A stretch of 64,000 bases of DNA from Gammaproteobacteria bacterium (GTDB lineage Bacteria > Pseudomonadota > Gammaproteobacteria > Eutrophobiales > Eutrophobiaceae): NCBI GenBank assembly GCA_963422205.2, contig CAXMWX010000001.1, forward strand, positions 64,001 to 128,000, read 5' to 3'. Position numbers and translations under genes: made by a program. The notes beneath the pieces are model-generated. The model had not been told where the DNA came from and did no database searches. It saw only the letters and a program-made list of their open reading frames with translations. Of the stretch, positions 57,683-64,000 are shown one piece after another. Positions within the stretch are counted from its first letter, which is position 1. Each line of letters starts with the position of its first letter.

Positions 57683-58555
57683 TCAGCGGTTTTTCAGCCT
57701 CTGTCGGCCAGTCCAGTCGCTGGCAAACTGCCAGGCACTTCTGCCACTTCGGGAGCCCCTCTCCAGCGCCCATTGTAATGCGGCCTGTCGGGTTTGCGCG
57801 TTATCCCCATCTTCTGCCCCGAGTTTTTTTAACCAGTGCTGGCAGATGGTCAGAAATTGTTGTTGATTAAACGGCTCAAATGACAGCCAGAGCCCGAATC
57901 GCTCAGACAGGGACAGCTTCTCTTCCAGCGACTCATGCAAATGAATCTCACCATCCAGCATCTCTGAATGCGTATTTTCCGCCATGTATTCCGGGAGCAG
58001 GTGCCGCCGATTGGAGGTGGCGTAAATGAGCATGTTTTCCGGCAGCTGGCTGATGCTGCCATCCAGTAACACCTTTAATGATTTGTAGCCAATCTCATTC
58101 GGTGCAAAAGACAAATCATCACAGAACAGGATAAAACGTTGGTTCGCACCGCTAATTGACCGGCACAGCGTGGGCAAATCCTGCACATCATCCCGTCCAA
58201 CTTCTATCAACACCAGATCAGAATCGCCGTATTGCATCACCAGCGACTTCACCAGCGAGGACTTGCCGGTGCCTCTCGGCCCGCACAGCAGCACGTGATT
58301 GGCGGGCAGGCCATGCAGAAACTGCCGGGTGTTATTGAGCAGGGTCTGCTTCTGTCTATCAATACATAATAGATCCGCTGGTTGCAGGCGGTTATCCGGC
58401 GTCACGGTTTCGAAATACTGGCACCAGCCCGTGTGCTGCCAGCGCATGGCCGGTGGCACAGGCTGAGGCAATGCAATCGCCGGGGATGGGATTAACAACT
58501 CAATTCGATCAAGCAGCTTCTCAAGACGGGCAAGCAGGTTGTCCGTGTCAGCCAT
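57683..58555 (-). CDS. DUF815 family AAA+ ATPase
   Basis: GPRGTGKSS, FCDDLSF, YATSNRRHL, SLSERFGL, RGSRSGR. Confidence 0.92.
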   Translation of the reverse strand: MADTDNLLARLEKLLDRIELLIPSPAIALPQPVPPAMRWQHTGWCQYFETVTPDNRLQPADLLCIDRQKQTLLNNTRQFLHGLPANHVLLCGPRGTGKSSLVKSLVMQYGDSDLVLIEVGRDDVQDLPTLCRSISGANQRFILFCDDLSFAPNEIGYKSLKVLLDGSISQLPENMLIYATSNRRHLLPEYMAENTHSEMLDGEIHLHESLEEKLSLSERFGLWLSFEPFNQQQFLTICQHWLKKLGAEDGDNAQTRQAALQWALERGSRSGRSAWQFASDWTGRQRLKNR

Positions 58556-58912
58556 GTCATGTATAAGGCCAGTCAAACATGGTGGCATTATACGATGCAG
58601 GCCGTGTTTAACAAGCCGACGACCGGCCGCCCTGGCAGATGCCGGTTTTTATTTATGGCGAGAAGGTGTACCCTCGATTCGTATTTTGGCATCTGCTTAT
58701 CTGCTGCATGATGCGTAAGACTATCGGCAGCAGCGAGTACAGGTTGTGGCGGTGTGGCGGCTTGTGTAAAATTCTGCTCATGCCATAGTCGGTATATATT
58801 TACCCGTGATTTCAATCCGTTGGTAATCAATCGGCGTTTAGCCCCCGGCCAGGAGATGACGCAAGAGGGGGTCGCCATCCTGCACTTCTAACATCCGGGG
58901 AGATTAAGAGTT

Positions 58913-60166
58913 ATGTTTACTAAAACGATGTCAATCGCAGAGTTTGATCCCGACTTATGGTCGGCCATGGAAGGTGAGCGCCGTCGGCAGGAAGAACATA
59001 TCGAACTCATCGCCTCTGAAAACAATGCCAGCCCCCGGGTGTTGCAGGCCCAGGGATCGGTGTTGACCAACAAGTATGCCGAGGGGTATCCGGGCAAGCG
59101 GTATTACGGCGGCTGTGAGTATGTTGATGTGGTTGAACAACTGGCGATTGACCGGGCGAAGCAGCTTTTTGCGGCTGATTATGCGAATGTGCAGCCGCAT
59201 TCCGGCTCTCAGGCGAATGGGGCTGTCTACCATGCCTTGTGTGAGCCGGGCGATACCATCATGGGCATGAGCCTGGCGCACGGCGGCCACTTAACGCACG
59301 GGGCGGCGGTCAATGTGTCTGGCCGTATCTATAATGCCATTCAATATGGCCTGGATGAGCAGACCGGCGAGATTGATTATGAGCAGGTGGAACGGCTGGC
59401 GCTGGAACACAAACCGAAATTGATCATGACCGGTTTCTCCGCTTATTCAAGAAAAGTCGACTGGCAGCGTTTCCGGGACATCGCCGATCATGTGGGTGCT
59501 TACATGGTTTCTGATATTGCCCATGTGGCTGGCCTGGTGGCCAGCGGTGACTATCCCAGCCCGGTGCAGATTGCCGATGTCACCACCACCACCACCCACA
59601 AAACACTACGCGGCCCGCGCTCTGGTCTTATCCTGGCCAAGGCCAATGAGGAGCTTGAGAAGAAGATCAATTTTCTTGTCTTCCCGGCCTACCAGGGCGG
59701 CCCGTTAATGCACATCATTGCGGCCAAGGCGGTGGCATTTAAGGAAGCCATGCAGCCTGAGTTCAAGACCTATCAGCAGCAGGTGGTAAAAAATGCACGC
59801 AAAATGGCCGAGGTGTTTATCGCCCGAGGGATTGACATTGTCTCTGGCGGCACGGACAACCACCTGTTCCTGGTCGATTTGATCAGCAAGGGCATCACCG
59901 GTAAAGCACTGGATGCTGCACTGGATAAAGCGCATATCACGGTCAACAAGAATGCCGTGCCCGGCGATCCTCAGTCACCTTTCGTGACCAGCGGTATTCG
60001 TATCGGCACCCCGTCAATTACGACTCGAGGATTCACCGAGCAGCAGGCGGGCGAGGTGGCGGGCTGGATAACCGATATCATCGAGAACATGGACGATGCG
60101 GCTGTGCATGATCAGGTCTGTGCCAAGGTCAAGGCGCTGTGCGAGCAGTACCCTATGTATGAGTAA
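58913..60166 (+). CDS. glyA: serine hydroxymethyltransferase
   Basis: [33 protein letters not shown]. Confidence 0.99.
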   Translation: MFTKTMSIAEFDPDLWSAMEGERRRQEEHIELIASENNASPRVLQAQGSVLTNKYAEGYPGKRYYGGCEYVDVVEQLAIDRAKQLFAADYANVQPHSGSQANGAVYHALCEPGDTIMGMSLAHGGHLTHGAAVNVSGRIYNAIQYGLDEQTGEIDYEQVERLALEHKPKLIMTGFSAYSRKVDWQRFRDIADHVGAYMVSDIAHVAGLVASGDYPSPVQIADVTTTTTHKTLRGPRSGLILAKANEELEKKINFLVFPAYQGGPLMHIIAAKAVAFKEAMQPEFKTYQQQVVKNARKMAEVFIARGIDIVSGGTDNHLFLVDLISKGITGKALDAALDKAHITVNKNAVPGDPQSPFVTSGIRIGTPSITTRGFTEQQAGEVAGWITDIIENMDDAAVHDQVCAKVKALCEQYPMYE

Positions 60167-60273
60167 AAACCGGCGATGACAGCAGGCGGCTATAGCGCGG
60201 TGCTTTGTCAAGACAGATTGCAGGCAAGGCGATAACTGAATAAACACTGATAGCGTGGAGGGGTGCATTAATT

Positions 60274-60786
60274 ATGCGCTGTCCTTTTTGCTCCTGCATG
60301 GAGACCAAGGTGGTTGACTCACGGCTGGCCGGTGAAGGCGAGCAGATTCGCCGCCGCCGGGCGTGTCTTGAATGCAAGGAAAGATTCACCAGCTATGAAT
60401 CGGCCGAGTTGAACTTCCCCCGGATCATAAAAGCAGACGGTCGGCGTGAGCAGTTCATGGAAGAGAAGCTGCGTGCCGGCATCCTGCATGCACTGGAGAA
60501 ACGGCCGGTCGAGATGGAGAAGGTGGAAACAGCGGTCTCGCATATCAAACATAAATTGCGTGCGCTGGGTGAGCGGGAGGTCGCTTCGGGCACGATAGGT
60601 GACTGGGTTATCCACGATTTGCGTAACATTGATCAGGTCGCCTATGTCCGTTTTGTTTCAGTCTACCGCAGCTTTGAAGATGTCAAGGCGTTTCTGGAGG
60701 AGATTGAACGGCTGGAGAATGAGTTGCCGCCGGAGTTAAAGGAAAACCAGCTTGATTTGCCGATTGATGAGCATGGTGACAGTTGA
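60274..60786 (+). CDS. nrdR: transcriptional repressor NrdR
   Basis: MRCPFC...VVDSR...RRRRAC..C..RFTSYE, ATP cone, VAYVRF.SVY. Confidence 0.97.
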   Translation: MRCPFCSCMETKVVDSRLAGEGEQIRRRRACLECKERFTSYESAELNFPRIIKADGRREQFMEEKLRAGILHALEKRPVEMEKVETAVSHIKHKLRALGEREVASGTIGDWVIHDLRNIDQVAYVRFVSVYRSFEDVKAFLEEIERLENELPPELKENQLDLPIDEHGDS

Positions 60787-61901
60787 ACTGGACGGAGCTG
60801 GATGTCAGGTTCATGTCCCGTGCCGTCGAACTGGCTGAACTCGGGCGCTACACCTGCCAGCCTAATCCCCGTGTTGGCTGTGTGTTTGCCCGGCATGATG
60901 CCAGCCTGGCCGAAGGCTGGCACCGGAAGACGGGCGGGCCGCACGCTGAAATTGAGGCGATCCGCTCGGCCACGTCCTCTCTGGCGGGCAGTTGTTGTTA
61001 TGTCACGCTGGAGCCCTGCAATCATACCGGCAGGACACCCGCCTGCACCGAATCGTTAATGGCGGCTGGTGTGTCCAGGGTGGTGGTGCCGATGCCGGAC
61101 CCGAACCCGCTGGTCGCCGGCAGAGGCATAGATACGTTGCGCCGGGCCGGTATTCAGGTGGATGTCGGTCTGCTGGCTGGTGAGGCCGCCCAGCTTAACC
61201 GCGGCTTTATCAGCAGGATGCAGCACCAGCGTCCGTTCATCACCTGCAAGCTGGCGATCAGCCTGGATGGTAAGGTCGCGCTGGCCAGCGGCGCAAGCCA
61301 ATGGATTACCGGCGAGGCGGCGAGGCTGGATGTGCAGCGCCTGCGGGCCTCCAGCTCGGCGGTGATGACGGGGATCAACACGGTCTTGGCCGATGATCCG
61401 AAGTTGAACGTCAGGCAAGTCGATACCGCCGGCCGTCAGCCGTTGCGGGTGGTGCTGGATAGAGGATTCAGGTTGCCGCCCGCCGCCCGCCTGTTGTCCC
61501 TGCCGGGGCAGAGCATTGTCATGGGGCAGGCGCATAAGGCCAGCGCCAGGCGGGTGCTGGAAGAGGCGGGTGCGATCATCGAGTGTATTGATGCCGGGCG
61601 GGCCGGGTTTATGCCTCGCTGCCTGGCGTTATTGGCAGAGAAATATCAGGTCAATGACTTATTGGTGGAAGCCGGGCCGACTCTCTCCGGCGCCCTGCTG
61701 CAAGCCGACCTGGTTGATGAGTTGCATGTCTACCAAAGCCCTTGCCTGCTGGGGCCTGATGCGCTTGATATGATAAACCTTGAACCGCTGACAGACATGC
61801 AGGAGCGTCTACGCCTGGAATTAATACATGAGGCAATGTTTGCAGAAGATAGAAAGCTGGTTTTCAGGCTACACAAGAAGATCAGACCGGTGCCATCGTG
61901 A
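60783..61901 (+). CDS. ribD: riboflavin biosynthesis deaminase/reductase
   Basis: PNPRVGC, HAE, TLEPCNH.GRTPAC, SLDG, SQWIT. Confidence 0.97.
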   Translation: MNWTELDVRFMSRAVELAELGRYTCQPNPRVGCVFARHDASLAEGWHRKTGGPHAEIEAIRSATSSLAGSCCYVTLEPCNHTGRTPACTESLMAAGVSRVVVPMPDPNPLVAGRGIDTLRRAGIQVDVGLLAGEAAQLNRGFISRMQHQRPFITCKLAISLDGKVALASGASQWITGEAARLDVQRLRASSSAVMTGINTVLADDPKLNVRQVDTAGRQPLRVVLDRGFRLPPAARLLSLPGQSIVMGQAHKASARRVLEEAGAIIECIDAGRAGFMPRCLALLAEKYQVNDLLVEAGPTLSGALLQADLVDELHVYQSPCLLGPDALDMINLEPLTDMQERLRLELIHEAMFAEDRKLVFRLHKKIRPVPS

Positions 61902-62323
61902 CGATGAGAAAAAAAACAGCACATGCACGTTCAAGGGCAAGGCGGAATGCGGTACAGGCATTGTACCAGTGGCAGCTTAACCGGGCAGCGATTGAAACCA
62001 TCATGGCGGAATTCGAAACCGATAGAACAGAATTGCAAAGAGCGGACAAAGCCTATTTCAAGGTGCTTGTGCTGGGCAGTGTAAACCATGCAGCCGAGCT
62101 TGAGCAGGCATTACGCTCCCATTTGGATCGAGAGATCAACCAGCTTGATCCGGTTGAACGGGCGATATTGACCCTGGGGGCGTATGAACTCACCTATCAA
62201 ACGGATTTATCCATCCCTGTCATCATCAATGAATCCGTTGAGTTGGCGAAGCTGTTTGGGGCGGCGGAGTCGTATAAATATGTCAATGGTGTGTTGGATA
62301 AGCTGGCGAATGTTGTTCGCTGA
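61898..62323 (+). CDS. nusB: transcription antitermination factor NusB
   Basis: RSRARRNAVQALYQW, VIINESVELAKLFG, YVNGVLD. Confidence 0.96.
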   Translation: MTMRKKTAHARSRARRNAVQALYQWQLNRAAIETIMAEFETDRTELQRADKAYFKVLVLGSVNHAAELEQALRSHLDREINQLDPVERAILTLGAYELTYQTDLSIPVIINESVELAKLFGAAESYKYVNGVLDKLANVVR

Positions 62324-62337
62324 GGCGGGGTGCGGCC

Positions 62338-63285
62338 TTGCATGAGTTCGACGTCATAGCACAGTATTTCAGCGGGATCATGAACCCGCAGGATGATGCC
62401 GTGCTGTGCGGTCCGGGCGATGATGCGGCGGTTATTGCGATTGATGATGAACATGCCCTGCTTGTGGCCACCGACACGTTTATCCAGGGTGTGCATTTTC
62501 CCGAAGACACGCCAGCGTTTGCCGTGGGTTATAAATCGCTGGCGGTTAATTTAAGTGATATGGCGGCGATGGCGGCCGAGCCACGCTGGTGTACGCTGGC
62601 GATCACATTACCAGAGACCTGTCGGTGCGATGCCTGGCTGCGGGATTTTCGCCGCGGGTTTCATGCCCTGGCCAGCCAGCATGGCGTATCGCTGATCGGC
62701 GGTGATACCTGTGCTGGCGCCGGGCTGGCGGTTACCGTGCAGATACTCGGCACGGCACCGCCTGAGCAGATCATCTATCGTGCTGGCGCCAGGGCGGGTG
62801 ATACGCTGTATGTCACGGGTGAGCTGGGTACGGCGGCCTATGCGTTAAGCCAATTACAGGCGGGCAGGGAAATCGACACCGCCCTTCGGGATAGTTTATA
62901 CCAGCCTGAGCCGCAGGTTGCGCTGGGCTTGAGTCTGCGTCATAAGGCCACGGCCATGATCGACATCTCTGATGGCCTGCTGGCGGATGTGCAGCATATC
63001 CTCAAGGCCAGCGAGGTGGGCGCCGTCATTCAGTTGGCTGATATTCCTCTCCATCCTGCCCTGAAACAGGCCATGCCTGCACAGGAATTGTGGCAGCATG
63101 TCCTAAATGGCGGTGATGATTATCAACTTTGTTTCACTTCTGCTCTATCAGCATCAATGTTATCAGCCAGGCTGGATGCCCCGGTGTTTGACATTGGCTG
63201 GGTGGTGCCGGGCGATGAGGTTCGGCTTATCCAGCAAGATGGCACTGACATGCAGGCGGAGGTGGCGGGTTTTCAGCATTTCTGA
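62338..63285 (+). CDS. thiL: thiamine-monophosphate kinase
   Basis: EFDVI..YF, GDDAA, VNLSDMAAM, GGDT, DISDGL, GGDDYQL. Confidence 0.96.
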   Translation: MHEFDVIAQYFSGIMNPQDDAVLCGPGDDAAVIAIDDEHALLVATDTFIQGVHFPEDTPAFAVGYKSLAVNLSDMAAMAAEPRWCTLAITLPETCRCDAWLRDFRRGFHALASQHGVSLIGGDTCAGAGLAVTVQILGTAPPEQIIYRAGARAGDTLYVTGELGTAAYALSQLQAGREIDTALRDSLYQPEPQVALGLSLRHKATAMIDISDGLLADVQHILKASEVGAVIQLADIPLHPALKQAMPAQELWQHVLNGGDDYQLCFTSALSASMLSARLDAPVFDIGWVVPGDEVRLIQQDGTDMQAEVAGFQHF

Positions 63286-63370
63286 ACCCGGCAGTGGGCG
63301 GGCGCTATCATGTGCGGTAATGGTGGCCACCGGGGTTGGGGATGATGGCACAGCGTTCTCAGGGCGGGCG

Positions 63371-63973
63371 TTACAGATTGATGTAACCAGCCTGATTCAG
63401 GCGTTGGATCTCATCCGGCGCAAAGGGAACGGACTCAATAAAAGCAGGCACTTCCTGTCGGCTGATCTGGAATTGATTCAGCGATGCCTGGCAGATCTTA
63501 AGATCAATCACGTTGATCGCATCCAGCCTGGCGGCCAGATCAATCAGTTTTTTGTTAGCCGGGTACTGACTTTGTTTAAATAGCTTGATGCTCGGCCCGT
63601 GTATGACCATAGTGACCGCCAGATCAGCAAAGTCATCCAGTCTGTGGCGTGCAATTTCGTCAGCCCGTTGCAGCAGGTCTTCCAACTCAGCGACTGAATG
63701 CTCATCCACAACATACAGGTATTGCCGGTTATCCAGCCTGATCGAGTTTGGCTCGCTTTGCATCGGCGCTGTATAGGCCGCCGCTCCAGTTAATGCGGGC
63801 AACCCTTCGGCGGGCGGTAGTTCCTCTTGCGTACTGATAACAGCAGGCGCATTGTCCGTATCCATGAGATAAGGGAGTCCTTTGTCATACGCAAACAGCG
63901 ACAGGCAGATCAGCAGGGCGATGGCAAGACCTGCCCGCAGGCCGCTGCTTAAATATCGAATCTCCCATGCCAT
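63371..63973 (-). CDS. membrane-anchored DsrE/DsrF-like protein
   Basis: N-terminal TM, then VIHGP.IKLF...ARLDA..VIDLKIC...PAFIESVPF DsrE-like pattern. Confidence 0.7.
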   Translation of the reverse strand: MAWEIRYLSSGLRAGLAIALLICLSLFAYDKGLPYLMDTDNAPAVISTQEELPPAEGLPALTGAAAYTAPMQSEPNSIRLDNRQYLYVVDEHSVAELEDLLQRADEIARHRLDDFADLAVTMVIHGPSIKLFKQSQYPANKKLIDLAARLDAINVIDLKICQASLNQFQISRQEVPAFIESVPFAPDEIQRLNQAGYINL

Positions 63974-64000
63974 GCGGACATTCTAGCATACAGATGACGC

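Noticed and set aside
58590-58912. Possible riboswitch or small ORFs upstream of glyA
   Set aside because: No recognisable ZTP or glycine riboswitch consensus; the short ORFs have no support.

Overview
Chromosomal window from a GC-rich gammaproteobacterium. Most of it is housekeeping: ispF-ispD-ftsB-eno-kdsA-pyrG, fhs, purL, purB, pyrC-rnt, gyrA-serC-pheA-tyrA-aroA-cmk-rpsA-ihfB-lapA-lapB-pyrF-mfd, and glyA-nrdR-ribD-nusB-thiL. Two accessory catabolic blocks (1-6.2 kb and about 14.7-29.1 kb) interrupt it. The lead observation is a non-coding motif, AGT-N7-TGCAAGT. It occurs as an exact 17-bp copy (21/23 bp with flanks) in two divergent promoter regions 24 kb apart (1087-1103 and 25495-25511), and as a 14/17 copy just upstream of a feruloyl-esterase/tannase gene (21321-21337). 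One exact copy lies beside a tandem-HxlR regulator gene. This suggests a dispersed regulon for an unknown substrate, covering a TonB receptor, nitronate monooxygenase, carotenoid-cleavage oxygenase, two thiolases, an esterase, a lipocalin-like protein and a CoA ligase. Also present are an AT-rich MunI-like restriction-modification cassette with a frameshifted controller, a fused DUF1538 membrane protein with two PII-like proteins, a Rieske/Mpo1/alpha-hydroxy-acid oxidase operon, decayed gene remnants, genes missing from normally conserved operons, and recurrent 12-15 bp micro-duplications. I recognised no tRNA, rRNA, CRISPR array or transposase. All family assignments come from motif recognition by eye, not from database searches.
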